Below are positions 28,996 through 43,429 of a stretch of DNA of 64,000 nt, in pieces. Positions within the stretch are counted from its first letter, which is position 1, and every line of letters starts with the position of its first letter. Under the pieces are notes generated by a model that worked only from the letters and a program-made list of their open reading frames with translations, was not told where the DNA came from and did no database searches. The DNA lies in assembly GCA_964016885.1 (NCBI GenBank), contig OZ024743.1:295740001-295804000 (forward strand), read 5' to 3'. The DNA comes from Eledone cirrhosa. Lineage: Eukaryota. A program made the translations under genes and the position numbers.

Positions 28996-31900
28996 ATGGC
29001 GGAACAACAAACAGCGGAGCTAATAAAGTTGTTTAGAGAACAGATGGAACAACAAATGCAACAACAGGAACAACAAATGCAACAACACAAGAAAGATATG
29101 GACACTCTGATAAAACTGTTTGGTGCTCGAGATTCTGAACAACAGAGTTTATTGGCGTCGCCAGTTGCTTCGACACCAACAGCATTCATCCCACCATTTG
29201 CTGCTTTTGATTCAACAACAGAACTATGGCCTGATTACTGGTCAAGATTCTGCACGTTTGTGGCTGCTAACGCTGTACCCGAGCAACGCATGGCACAAGT
29301 GTTCCTGACTAATCAGACGGCTGCTATCTACAAACATCTTGCAAATCTGGCTGCTCAACAAAATCCGCCTAAGAATATCAACAAGTTGACAATGGACGAA
29401 ATTGTTGACTTCATGAAAGAACAGTTCGACCCAAAACTTTTCATTGTGAGAGAACGTTTCAAGTTCTGGAGTGACATGCAACGGAAGCCAGGCGAAACTC
29501 TCCAGGAGCTGGCAGCACGTATACGTCAGGATGCAGCTACCTGTGATTTTCCCTTGATCACAAATCCACAAGATGGAGCTCTAAGACAGAGATTTATATG
29601 TTCTGTCAATAATGAATCTGTGTTGAAGGCTATTTTCAAGATCAAGGATACAGAACTAGATTTCGCCCGTGCTGTCCAAGTTGCCATCGGGACCGAAGAC
29701 GCAGCAAAGGTTGCCATGGAAACTGTTTACGGTTCCAAAACCAAGCAAGTCTACAAGGTCCAGTAGAACAAGAACAAGGGTCCTCGAAAGAACTATCAAC
29801 AGTCTTATCCCACAGACCAGGAGATGTGCTGCCGATGTGGAAAGGCCCACAAAGCGACAGACTGCCCCTTCAAAGAAGCCAAATGTCATTTTTGTGACAA
29901 AAAGGGACATTTGCAAGCGGTGAGTAGAAAGAAACAACATCAGCAACGTAATCATCGCTCACAGAATTACGTGAAAAGAATTACGAAAGCTGAGCTAGTC
30001 AAGGCGATCCTTGGTGAAGTTCCCCACGATACTCATAGTTTGAATGTGCCAATAACAATCCAGAACAGACTTTTCACAATGGAATTGGACACAGCTACTA
30101 CAGGCAATTTTGTTTCCTTGTCAGTTTGGAAACAATTAGGAAAACCGAAGCTGCAAGATGTCAAACATCGGTTTGAATCTGCCAGCAAGCACGACCTGCC
30201 CGTTCTGGGAACTTTCATGGGCCAAACCAAGGATCCAACGACCGGTAAACGGAATTCAATACCCTACATCGTCACCAAGATCCCTGATTTTAATTTGCTG
30301 GGACGAAACGCTATCCAGACTCTGGGAATTTCCGTGGACAATGCTCTAGGATTGAAAAGCATAGACAGCCAGGCCAAGAGTGAGGGTGCAGAAGTGATGC
30401 ATCCAAAGACCTCAAATGAGCCCTATATTTCCATGCAACGAGATTGTCACATGTGTGATGAATTCCCAGATCTCTTCAAGCAAGAATTGGGATGTCTTAA
30501 TGACTTCGAACTGGAAGTGAAGTTCAAGTCGGACGCGACACCGGTCTTTCACAAGGCACGCCCGGTCCCGTTTGCTCTTCGTGATGACCTGGCCAAAGAT
30601 TACGAAGAAGGCATCGCCAGAGGAATCTGGAAGCCAGTACAGTTCAACGAATACGGAACGCCAGTGGTACCGATTCGTAAAGCACATACTTCAGGCAACC
30701 TGAAGCCCAAACTACGGATTTGTGGTGACTACTCTGTGGGAATTAATGACCAACTTGCAGATCATCGTCATCCAATGCCACTCCCAGAGGAACTGATGCA
30801 GAAGCTCGGAGGTGGATACGGATACACAAAGATTGATCTTGCTGATGCCTATAATCAGATCAAGTTTGCTCCAGAAAGTCAACGCAGGCTTGCACCCAGC
30901 ACTCACCGTGGGGTGCTCCTGCAGGAACGACTCGCTTTCGGAATCAAGTCAGCACCTGGTTACTTTCAGGAGATCATGGAAAACCTGACTCAAGATCTTC
31001 CTGGTGTGGCCGTCTTCCAGGACGACATGCTCGTCAGTGGGAAAGATGCAAGCGATCACCTGAACAACCTAAAGTGTCTGCTCACACGTCTGTGCGACAA
31101 AGGACTCAGATGTCGCCGTGACAAGTGCCAGTTTGCACGACCCAGTGTGGAATACCTTGGACACACCTTGTCGGCTGAAGGGATCGCGAAGGGATCCAAG
31201 GTCGAAGCAGTTTTAAAGATGCCACCTCCAACGAACGTCTCAAGCTTGAAGTCTTTCCTGGGTTCAGTTCAGTTCTATGGAAAGTTTATCTCAAACCTGG
31301 CCAGCATGGCAGAGCCACTCTATTGCCTTACGAAAAAAACGACTACTTGGAAGTAGGGAGATGAAGAACAGTCAGCTTTCGATCAGTTGAAAAATGTGCT
31401 TTCATCGGATCGAGTTCTGATACACTTCGATCCAAACAAAACTTTGGGACTGGCTTGCGACGCGTCAAACGTTGGTATTGGAGCAGTCCTGTTTCATCGC
31501 TATCCTGATGGAAGCGAGCGCCCAATATCCAATTTGTCCAAGACTCTTACTTCTGCACAGCGTAACTACGGCCAAATTCAAAAGGAAGCCCTGGCCATCA
31601 TATTTGGCTTGCAGAAGTTTTATCAGTATCTGTACGGACATCAGTTTATACTCGTAACTGACCACAAGCCACTGACATCACTGTTCAGTCCGAGGAAATG
31701 GACGCCACTTCTCGCTGCTAACCGACTAGCACGGTGGGCCCTGTGGCTGAACCAGTTTGACTACACCATCGAATATCGGAAAACAGCGGATCATGGCAAT
31801 GCAGATGCCCTCAGTCGCTTGCCATTTGGTAATGACATCGACTTTGACAGGAAGGAAAATGGTGAAGACATGGACATAGTGTGCGCCATCAAAGCTCTCA

Positions 31901-33254
31901 GTCTTCAAGTCCAACCTATCGATTCTAACGTCCTCCGTCAAGAGTCAGGGAAAGATCCAGTGATATCTACAGTGATACGCTACGTCCGTGAAGGCTGGCC
32001 ACCAAAGAATACTGAGATCAATGACGAAGTCAATAATTTCCGGAAGTTATCGGATTCACTCAGTATCTACCACGGATGCCTTATCCATGGATCGAGAGTT
32101 GTGATTCCACATAGCTTACAGCCAAAGATCCTCAATCTTCTGCATCTCGGACACTTTGGCATGGAGCGCATGAAACAATTGGCAAGAACTGCTGTTTATT
32201 GGCCTGGTATCGATACTGCTATAGAGAAAACCAGTCGACAATGTGATTCGTGTGGTGAACATCAAAACCAGCCATCCAAGTCTCCAGTTCACCCATGGAT
32301 GTTATCTGAAAAGCCGTGGAGCCGCTTACACCTGGACCACGCAATAAATTTCATGGGCAGTAATTGGTTGGTGATCACGGATGCTTATTCCAAGTATCCA
32401 TGCATTCATCCTACGTCATCCACGTCCTCCAGAGCCACTTTAGATCTGCTTGAAGAAGACTTTGCGCACTTCGGATTTCCTCACACGCTAGTCACCGATA
32501 ACGCACCAAATTTTATTTCTGAGGAGTTCCAGAGCTGGTGCAAAGAACGTGGGATCACGCACCTGACAGGCGCACCTTACCACCCAGCTACTAACGGAGC
32601 AGCGGAACGTTTGGTGCAGACCTTCAAACAAGCTCTGAGGAAGACTTCTCTTCCGCCGAAGCGAGCACTTCAAGAGTTCTTGATGCAGTACCGGAGAACA
32701 CCGACATCCAGTGGATTCTCTCCGAGTGAACTTTTGAATCACCGGCAGATACGGACAAGGATTGATTCTCTGCTGCCCTCGCCAGCACACATCGCTCAAG
32801 GCAAGCAGTCTAAGGAAGCATATAAGTCTCAGATGACTCCGGACTCGGCAGGTGTCGCTAAGGTTACCAGGCAGTACAAGGCTAGAGATCCTGTGGATGC
32901 ACTGTACTACGGACCTCACCGAGACAAAGATCCCCGATGGGTACCAGCAATCATTAAGAAGTCATTGGGTACTCGCTGCTTCAACGTAAGGTCATACCTC
33001 ATGGCCCGGTGTGGAGACGACACTGGGAACAGCTGCAACCGCGGTACACTACTGAGGAAGACAATGAACCTGGTGATGCAGTAGACACTGTTTTTGAATT
33101 TGCAACAGATCACCCGATGGAGATCTCGGAAATCGTGCCACTAACTCCAAGACAGACCAGACCCAAGACCTTGTTGCCCGTTCCAGAGTATGGACGAGAC
33201 AATCGAAGACGGTCCAAGAGAAGTCGTAAACCCCCAGAGAGACGTTGCTGTTGA
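28996..33254 (+). pseudogene. gag-pol polyprotein with two in-frame TAG stops (29764, 31354) and a frameshift near 32990
   Basis: ORFs 28924.., 29824.. and 31387.. share one frame. Two CCHC knuckles, PR MELDTAT, RT LRICGDY..FQDD, RNase H LACDAS..QKEALA..TDH, IN HHCC and D..D..E (VTDNAP, NGAAER). Confidence 0.93.
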
Positions 33255-33288
33255 TGTTTCTTTTGTCGCATCAATTTCGGTGGAGAGG

Positions 33289-33517
33289 TGTTGTATGGAG
33301 TGGGAATCGAACACACAACCTCATTGTTGTATGGACTGTTAAATTGCTATTCAATTTACACGTGCTCACACATTTGCATATGAATCACGTGACCTGGGCA
33401 GTCAGTCAACGTTGGTATTAAAAACTCGATCACAGACTGCTACTGACTTACTTTATGTTATTCTGATACTGCGAGGAGGGGCGTTTTGGTTGTTTCGCAA
33501 ATTACACAAATTATTTG
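33289..33517 (+). repeat. 3' LTR, truncated at a (GT)n tract
   Basis: Preceded by the PPT-like ggtggagagg; lacks the last ~47 bp of the 5' LTR. Confidence 0.9.
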
Positions 33518-33599
33518 GTGTGTGTGTGTGTGTGTGTGTGTGCGCGTGTGTGCGTGTGCGTGTGTGCGTGTGTGCGTGTGTGTGTCCATTTTAGTGGAG

Positions 33600-34985
33600 A
33601 TATGACTGGAACATTCTACCAGTACGTTTTCATATTATGTATGTGTTTGATTTCCACATTGCTATAACTTTCAATATGTTTATTGCTGTTTTATAAATTG
33701 CATTGCATAGTGTTTTGGACACTACACCATGCCTCATAAGAGGATAGAACCGTGATGATATCTTTGGTCATCTGCGTACAACATTGTGACATTTTCTATG
33801 TTAATTATACAGAACATGCATTTGTTGACACATCTAGGTGTTTTTTCTGCATCCTTATCTATTTTGTGGATCAGATATTTTGTATTAATTTCCTGTATTT
33901 GGATTTTGAAGGCATATCCTTTAAAGTGAGAGCTAATGTAGCGGTTGTTGTTCCAAGATAGATTACTTTACGTATCTATATTACTCGCACACTGGGGCCT
34001 CCTGGCAACATATCCACGCATTGCATGATTATGTTTGCCGGTAAGCATACGGTTTTCATCCAGGGATTAACTTTGGTATTGCTGTGCAAATTCTCCTGGG
34101 TGTGAGGTTTTCATTATCACGCAGGGAGTATTTCCCAAGGAGCTCCTTTCCAACTCTCATGATCTTATATGTTTCATGTAGACAGAGTTACTCGATAGTT
34201 TGGCTCCTACGCTTCGAGGTTCGTAGATGCTGTCAGGAGGATGCGACACTCAAATGCTTTCTGGACTAATGTTAGGCCTCTGCTTCCCTGTTTACGTTTA
34301 AAGTCGAGGCGATCTATGTCACTGTTAATGTGAACATTTCCGGAGTTGTTTAGGAATTTTCAGGCCTTAATATCGCTAGCTCGGACTTCATCTGTCGCCC
34401 AATCCGGTATTCCAAATGTTGGTATTAGGGCAGGGACAGCAAATAAATTGTGAACCAGTGTTCTATTGTGCGCAGAGATTTCAGATGACAATATGTTTCT
34501 TAATCGGATGTAATATTCCCTGGTCACGCATTCCTTATTACAAATACCATCATACGATATATTCTCATCTATCCTTAGGTATATTAGCAGTCCTCCTCAG
34601 ATATCGGTGAAACAGTTAGGTCATTGAAAAAAATGTTGCTAGATTGGCCTGTAGTTTTTCCTCGCTTTACAATAATATATGAACCTCTATGCCGGCCAAT
34701 GTCCATCCCTATATCTTTCGAGAATGTCGTAACCAGGTCAAGGTTTATTTCATCCTATTTATACTCTTGGCATAGAGATTCAAGTAAGTCATCCACAAAA
34801 AAGGTATGCGTAAGGTTTGTATTTCTGTCCTCCTGTAAACCAATATTGTATCCTTCACATTTATTGGGCAGAAAGGTCAAAGGGTTTAATGACGAAATAT
34901 ATCGTAGCACAGAGAGACCGTCTTCTTGATATATACCTCTGCGATATTCTATATTATCAGTGAAAATAGTGTCCTTCTTCTCTGT
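33600..34985 (-). mobile_element. Decayed R4/Dong-like (restriction-like endonuclease clade) LINE fragment
   Basis: RRGIYQEDGLS..SLNPL..CEGY..LTHTFFVDDL (ORF 34755..35015), then FSKDIGM, NSDIDRL and the downstream MRHGVVSKTL motif. Confidence 0.7.
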
Positions 34986-35686
34986 TTGTATGTATGTATG
35001 TTTGTGTGTATACAAAAATGTATGTATGTATATGCATTTCTGTATGTATATATGAATCTATGCATTGTTAGTTTGAATTAGTCATATATTGCCAGAGGTT
35101 TCCTTGAGGTAAACAAGTTTCCTTTTTCAGATGCTGTAGCATTACATAACGAAAGTGAATATTTTATATTAAAATATATTATAATGTGTCTAAATTGATT
35201 ATTTAGGTTACGTGGTGATGTAAACTGATTAGCAACATCAGCTTATATCATCAGTATATGTGTGTATACAATTGCGTACGTGTATGAGCGCGCGCGCTTT
35301 AGTTTAATCCAATATTTCCTATTGAAAATTAGATTGCATTATGAAAAATAATATAACATAGCGAAACCATATCAATCAACAAAATCATACTATGTTATCT
35401 GCCGTAGTATTATTGATTTGATATCAACAATATTTCTCGTGATGCCTTAAATGTTCGCAATTCCATCAGAGATAGTGTATACAATGTCACCATAATTGGT
35501 ATGTTGTCGACTTTTTATATATTCCATTTTCATTTACTAATGGTATTTATGTTTGTTTTGATGTTGTTATAATTGTTTCGATTGTTATTGATGTTGTTGT
35601 TGTTCTTGTTATTGTTCATATAATTATTAATATTCATATTTTAATCTTTGTGTGGCTTGTAAACAAATCATTATTTTTTGTATCGT

Positions 35687-36010
35687 GGAGATACGTCGCT
35701 TATTGGTTAAGGAATTCGGCTCATGATCGTAAGGCTATGAGTTCGATACACGGTGGAATGTTGTGTTGTTGAGCAAGACTCTTTATTTCACGTCTCTCCA
35801 TTGCACTCAGATGACAAAAATGACTTGTATCTGTAAAATTCAAAACTCCAGCCTTGTCACATTGTGTCACGCTGAATCTCCCTGAGAACTATCTTAATTA
35901 TATGCGTGTCTATGGAATGCTTGGCTACTTGTACTTTAATTTCACGAGCAGGTTGTTGCGTTGATCTTATCAACTGGAACACTCGTCGTCGTAACCGACG
36001 CAGTGCCAGT
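35687..36010 (+). mobile_element. tRNA-derived SINE family B, full length
   Basis: A-box-like gcttattggttaagg and B-box-like gagttcgatac, with core ttgagcaagac.ctttatttcacgt. Related copies at 41.6, 56.6 and 62.0 kb. Confidence 0.8.
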
Positions 36011-36022
36011 TATTCTTAATAC

Positions 36023-36160
36023 TGTGAGCTGTTATCTATTATCCCGTTGGATAAAATGATTGGGTATTAGTTCCGGCTCTCTGGGCTCTGAATTCAAATC
36101 CTGCTCAGGTAATTTATGGTATTTATTCTTTCAGAGTTGATAAATAATGTACGAATCAAG
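36023..36160 (+). mobile_element. SINE family A, partial
   Basis: ctgaattcaaatcctgctcaggtaa...gttgataaataatgtac. Confidence 0.6.
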
Positions 36161-36654
36161 AGTCGATTCATTTCTGCAATTGTTAAAGCATCAGTAGTGG
36201 TGATTTGCGGTGTCTGTTCCGGCTTTTGTCGGGCGAAGAAACGGACAGTTAGCAACAGAAATAGAAAATATAATTCGTTTTTCAATCGAACGATCGACTT
36301 CTTTCCTTTCTTTTATTTTTATATTATTATTATATTTACTATTCGTGGTTTGAAAAATAAATTAAGTGTTTAAATCTCCTAAAGAATATTTAGATACGTC
36401 TTCGAGAAATTGCATGAATGCATTCAAGATTAACAAATATATACATAGTTCTCAAAAAGCGTTCAAGTTTAACAAAAATGTACAAAGGGAAAAGTGCACA
36501 CAGATATTGAGAATAATTCGGACACAGACATACACATAACCACACACTTTTAATCAAATACATACGCAACGTCTATGCCTTCTAAGCACGTGCATGGACA
36601 GCGCACACCCACACACATCTAGATTGACGTAAATATATATACACTCTCTCAATA

Positions 36655-37070
36655 ATGGGTTCATGATATAGGCATAAAGCCAAGTGCTAAGTGGGAAGGA
36701 CTAAGTCGATTAAATCGACCCAGTGCATTACTGGTGCTTTATTTTATCAATCCCGTAAGGATGAAAGTTAGATCTATCCTCTGCGGGATTTGAACTAAGA
36801 ACATAAAGATGTGTCGCAAAGTATGTTGTGCAACACCCTCGCAACAATGGTTTCTTATATAGGCACAAGGCCAATATTTTTTGGGGGGTGGGGGTAGGGG
36901 GTCGATTAAATCGACCCAAGTACGTGATTAGTACTTTATTTTATCGACGCCGTAAGGATGAAAGGCAAAGTTAACCTCGGCGGGATTTGAATTCAGATCA
37001 CAAAGGGCCGTAATTCTATGCTGCAAAGCATGATGTCCGATGCTTTACTGATACTGCCAATCCACCCTCA
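36655..37070 (-). mobile_element. Two tandem copies of SINE family A
   Basis: ctttattttatc..cgtaaggatgaaag..cgggatttgaa.tcaga occurs twice. Confidence 0.75.
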
Positions 37071-39116
37071 TACCCTCTCAATAATTATAAATAACATTAC
37101 TACATAAAATCAAACACACGAGCATACGCAAACATGTACACATATCTAAATAGGTGCACATATGAGGGTACACATATACAACGAAACATACATATTGACC
37201 AGGCTAACAGCACATACACACACACATCCCATGGCAGCTGAGCATATATATACAGCCTGTTCAACACTCGTCTCGTATTTCTTGTATATACGCAGATATT
37301 TCGCTTCTGAGTATACACACACACACATACACACACGCACGCACACACACACGCACACACACGCACACGCACATATTAAGCAGACAAATACTGACACATA
37401 CACATGCCCACTGTGGCTTACACATTTGTAGTCGAGAAAACAAACAGACAGCTCTAGTTCATATTCACACAAACACACACACATTCAGACAGGCACAGTC
37501 GCATATGCACACACACTCGTACATACACACACACATGCACATACAAAAGTAGATTCTATAATAATATATAGCAGCACGCACATATATGTAAGCGCACATA
37601 TATGCATACACACATATATGCAACCGCAACTCGCAAATTATAAAACACACACAGATACCACTTGATATACATGTATAGTCACATACGAGCACACACACAC
37701 ACACATGCTTAAAAACACACAAAGATGCACATACATTCACTCACACATACACACACACAGTGATATTATACACAGACACATAAAAAGACCGAAATACACT
37801 ACCATAAAATCACACATTCATAATACAAAAAATACACCTTGAATAGACGGAACCACTCACACGAGTTACCCCAACGACACTCACATCGGCATCGTTGACA
37901 AACCCAGACGTCATGCCACCTCTACTCTATATACACGCTCATTCAAACATAAATACACCTCTATACTCCTGTCTTCTTCAAACTCTTCTCGTGACGACAC
38001 TCTACCCTACTTTGGTTTGTATCTCATCTCTACTCTATCCGTGGGTGAGTGCAAGTGTGTACGTGTGTGTGTTTCTGTGTGTGTGTATGCATGTGTGTGT
38101 GAGTATCTCTGTGTGTTTGTATGTGTGTACGTGTGTGTGTCTCTATATGTGTGTGCGTGTGTGAGTATCTCTCTCTCTCTCTCGCTGTGTATGTGTGTAT
38201 CAACGAGTCGATGTCTGTATGTGAGTATAACCGTCTAGTACATGGAGAGATGCGCTGAATATACATAGGGAATAAATAAATATGTATATCATTGGTTGAG
38301 TAACAGCAAGATACCAATCATGCTACGATTGCATCAAGCAGACGTATTCAAAAGAAAAAGTCAATAATAACATGGTCACCGAAAAAAAATGTTAAAAAAT
38401 ACAAACAAAATAAGATAAATGAATAAATCAATAAAACAGAATAAAAAGAAATAAAGAGAAGACAACCATTCATTGCAACTGTAAAAATCCAATACATTTC
38501 TGTACATAGAAAAACTATAGAAAACTTCGTTAGTATTTAGTGACCTGTAACGAACGGTGTTTCTGGTTCGTTGAATTTATATTCAATAAGTAAAAGCTGC
38601 AGCATCTAACTACTTGTAAATGGACTGGTATCATAGCTCAAAATCACGTTCCCTTTTCATGTAGGGTTTGATGCCCAATAAAAAAGTAATAAAACATAAA
38701 CAGTAATAAAAACAAAAATCAGGGTTCCGGTTAAAATGCCGACATGCATTTGTATAACGGAATAAAAAGGAAATGTGTAGAATATTTATTAGGGTTGAAC
38801 AAATTTTTTTATTGGATGGGTAGCATGACAAAATGAGAACAATAACGTTACATTACCATGACAGAACAGAATCAAATCTCAAAATGGTACCGAAACACTT
38901 ATAAAACACGTAATGCAATGGAAAACAAGCATTTTTATTCACAGCACGCAACACACACATACACGCATGTAAATACTAGAATAGAACACGTTGTACTTTT
39001 ATGTGTATTCGAGGTAATTTTTTGGTTCCCATATGAGTGTCTGTATGTGTGGTTATATATAGATATTTGTGTGTGTGTGTGTGTGTGTATCCATATAAAT
39101 AAGATGCACACACATC

Positions 39117-39239
<123 letters not shown>

Positions 39240-39314
39240 CACTCTCTCTCTCTCAGCATCTTAATGATATATATGTAATTCAATATATATATATATATGT
39301 ACGCATACATACAC

Positions 39315-39380
<66 letters not shown>

Positions 39381-39813
39381 GAGTATATGTTGATATCTAA
39401 AGTGAAACATGCTTTCATTAAAAAAGTATATCTACATACAGCTACTGCTTGATTATTCACAGATGATAAATACATGTGTGTGTATATATGTGCGCGTGTG
39501 TGCGTGTGTGCGCGGACGTGTGTATGTATGTGCGTGCATGTTTGTATGTGAGTGTGTTTGTGCGTGTGGGTTGGTGTGTTCAGACGATTACAAAAAGTTC
39601 TCTCTGTAAGTATTTAATCTGAGACCAAGGAAATCAATAAGAGTCGTACTTTTGTTGAAAGTTAAGAAGCGTGGGTTTCAGAACTTTCTCAGTCACGCAT
39701 GCTGCTGCCTTACATATACGACACAATTGCGCCGTTCCATTCCAGCAAGTGTACAAATTATTCTCTTCTCTTTGATGCAAGCGAAATTAGAAATTTCCAA
39801 AGACATATATTCT

Positions 39814-39992
39814 ATGTATGTATGTATGTATGTATGTATGTATGTATGTATGTATGTATGTATGTATGTATGTATGTATGTATGTATGTATGTATGTATG
39901 TATGTATGTATGTATGTATGTATGTATAATTATATGCACACATTTTTTTTTCCGAAGCGGAAACTTCATCTGTTCGTGTCATTTTGTATATG

Positions 39993-40041
<49 letters not shown>

Positions 40042-40294
40042 ATATATATATATACATGTATGTATATATATATATACATGTATGTATATATATATATACA
40101 TGTATGTATATATATATATACATGTATGTATGTATATATATATATATATATACATGTATGTATGTATATATATATATACATGTATGTATATATATACATG
40201 TATGTATATATATATATACATGTATGTATGTATATATATATATATACATGTATGTATGTATATATATATATACATGTATGTATATATATACATG

Positions 40295-40335
<41 letters not shown>
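39814..40335. repeat. (TATG)n tract and compound tacatgtatg(ta)n minisatellite
   Basis: Directly visible. Confidence 0.9.
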
Positions 40336-40339
<4 letters not shown>

Positions 40340-41016
40340 AACACATACGTTTTTCTTCTATAGTAATCAGTTTATTGACCATAAATTTTGCAAGTCCTCT
40401 TAGATTAGAGATATCGATTTGGATGATGTGTAGGTGGGATTTCAATCTTTATAAATGTTGCGTGCTGGATAGATTCGACACAGTCAGCAATCCGAGGTGC
40501 ACTAGATTCGAAACTACAGTTTTCCAATGGGAACACTAACAAGTGTATCAAGCGAGAATGCAACTAGACGGTTACTGTTTTTTAATCTGTGTCTTTATTT
40601 TGAGCAGAGATGTATAATAGTACAACTTGATAGGACAAAATCGGGTCTCATAGAATTTGTAAAGATAGGGGAGGTAAATCTTTGCATTATATGGAATGTA
40701 CCTATTTATTAAAGTGTTGGAAGATTGTTTTTTATGTTTAGCAATACTGACCCAGCCAAATATATTACTATATAATTTGTTTTCTTCTTTCTGTTTCACT
40801 ACTCCCTCTCTCTTTTACTTTCACTCACTCTTTTGCTCTCTCGCTCTCTCTCTCTTTCTCTCTCGCCCTCTCTATGTCTCTCTTTCTCTCCCTCCCTTTC
40901 TTTCTTTCTCTCTCGCTCTGAAAAACCGGCTGTGACATATTTGACAGCTCTGTTGAGTATTCAACACACACAAGTACACTTACACACCAATACACACACG
41001 CACGAACACACACACG

Positions 41017-41083
<67 letters not shown>

Positions 41084-41269
41084 GTGTGTATATGCATGAT
41101 GTGTGTGTGCATCATGTGAGTGTATGCGTGTATATGTGTGTATGTTTGTGTGTTTGTGTGTGTGAGAGAGAGAGAGAGAGAGAAGAAGAAAGAAAGAGAA
41201 AGAGATTTCGTTATTGAAATACACACACATACACACACACACACATACACACACGCACACACACATATA

Positions 41270-41476
41270 TTAATTAAAATTACAGATTAAAGTTTAAGCA
41301 AAGAATCGCTGCTTTCACCCTTAATGGGATCTTCTGAAAGGGTGAAAGCTGCGATTCTTTGCTTAAACTTTAATCTGTTATTTTAATAAATATTTGCTCT
41401 ACGGTTCTTATATATCTGATATATATTTATCCTTATCGAGCCCTCTTTGTATTTTAGTCTTCGCATTTATTATTAT

Positions 41477-41480
<4 letters not shown>
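41270..41480. mobile_element. Minimal fold-back remnant of the 45.8-48.0 kb Naiad family
   Basis: Inverted arms join inside the hammerhead-like motif at about 41338. The right arm carries the tail seen inverted at 45781-45901. Confidence 0.85.
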
Positions 41481-41540
<60 letters not shown>

Positions 41541-41609
41541 TTGTGTTTCAATTACTGATGTGCGAACGTCTGTTCTTTCGATGTATTGAAGAAAGTCATT
41601 ATATAAAAC

Positions 41610-41785
41610 GCATTATGTCACTTTGCTCCATGAGTTCTGCTTGTGATACGCATGTGCAGCCTTGTCACACAGCAGTGTTATCAGCACCATTAGAATTACT
41701 TTAAAGATGTGGAATGCTCAGACACTTACAAGTTAATTTCACGAGAAAGTGGTTCCGTTGTTCAACCTATTGGAACAAACTGCCG
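41610..41785 (+). mobile_element. SINE family B, decayed 3' half
   Basis: cagccttgtcaca...tggaatgctcagacactt...ttaatttcacgag matches 35.85-35.98 kb. Confidence 0.6.
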
Positions 41786-42488
41786 GATCCAACAGAGGTT
41801 GAACATACCGCGCGCGTACACATATTGTGCTCCTAATATACATATTTTGAGGAGTGCGTTAAAGGTACAAGTCTCTGCGGAATACTCAACCAATTATGAA
41901 ATGACTAGATATTTCAGTTGCTCCAACGGCTGTAATCACTAAAAGTGAAGTGATGGAGGACCTATTTATTTTTATATAACATTTATATTTATTCATAACA
42001 TAATTATGACTTTCATATGTCTATTGAAACTGTATCCATATATATGTATGGGCTTGTGCGTGTTTCTTTGAATGTGTGTGTGTGTGTGTCTGTGTGTGTG
42101 TCTGTGTGTGTGTGTGTATGTGTTACCCAGTGGTATTTATTGACGTACTTGCATGCATTTATATTTTTAATGTATGTTTACTTATGTGTTCACATATTTT
42201 AACGAGACCTAGTATCATCATCCTTGCAGAAATATTTGATTGTTTAGTGATGTTTAATTAATGAGCTCTGGGATAACATACTCCGTGAGACTTATATAAT
42301 TACCAACTATGACATTGAGGTTATGGTGAAACCTTGCTATGAAATTTACAAATAAAGCATGATTTCAGAACGGGTTATTCAGAGGAAAGCCTGATGTATG
42401 TAACTTTCCAAACCTAACTAAAAAAGAAATAGAAATTACCCTTACTACTACACAAAGAATAGTTGAGTTTGATGCAGAAATCAGCATG

Positions 42489-42569
42489 ACAAATCTTATA
42501 TTTTACAGTACCAAATAGCACTCACAAATCTCGTGAGTGCTATTTGGTACTGTAAAATATAAGATTTGT
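42489..42569. repeat. Perfect hairpin, 37 bp arms with 7 nt loop
   Basis: acaaatcttatattttacagtaccaaatagcactcac-aaatctc-reverse complement. Confidence 0.95.
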
Positions 42570-42874
42570 TTCTATAGATAGTTTTGCATATGTGCACTCA
42601 GCTCAAATGTATAACTACTATCCCACGCTAATATCTACTTCTTCTTCAAACTCTCATATACATCATGTAAACATTGAGCTTTCCTTTCTCTGTGAAGCTA
42701 GCAATTACAGTCTATAAGTCTGTTTCTCTACTCTTTTTTAGGGATTGATAATGTAGTTCTACTCTTGATATATATATATATATATATTGAATAAATAACG
42801 AAGGTTAATCTATTATTTAATTGATTTCATTCAACAGAAGGAAGTGGCATTTAATTCAACTGTATATAAATCGT

Positions 42875-42913
<39 letters not shown>

Positions 42914-43030
42914 CATTAAAGTTTAACTTCGACATGGCTGTATAATTTAGCTTCCCAAAGGCCTGGCCAGACTCATTTTTCCCATGGGACTGAAAAACAC
43001 ACACGCATACATGCATATATATATATATAT

Positions 43031-43429
43031 AGAGGTTATCACATACATAAAATTAAATTAAATTAAATCAAGGATACATATATGTGTTGCAACTGTTCAC
43101 TTTTAAGCTCAATGAAGAATTAATAAGTTAAAATCAAAAAATCAGAGCATTATATCATAAAACATGTCTATAGAATCAATCAGATATTAAAATAATGTAT
43201 GTTTACTTATGTGTTCACATATTTTAACGAGACCTAGTATCATCATCCTTGCAGGATGGAACGGAGTTAACGCGAACTAGCTGCGATCAATTATTTGTCG
43301 GAGATTTCCCCGTTAGAAAATTTACTCTTAAAGCTTGCTGGATTTGATTATGTGTATGGTTAATTATGCTGATTAGAGGAAGAAATAGTATATATTTTAA
43401 TATCTGATTGATTCTATAGACATGTTTTA

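Larger units (their letters stand above)
28613..33517 (+). mobile_element. Ty3/Gypsy LTR retrotransposon (Mag-like single gag-pol frame), 3' LTR truncated
   Basis: Two similar LTRs, PBS-like TGGCG, polypurine tract, and domain order Gag-CCHC-PR-RT-RH-IN. Confidence 0.95.

Noticed and set aside
29764-29766. Programmed gag-pol stop-codon readthrough
   Set aside because: The TAG lies before the Gag zinc knuckles, and the copy has another stop and a frameshift, so mutation is the simpler explanation.
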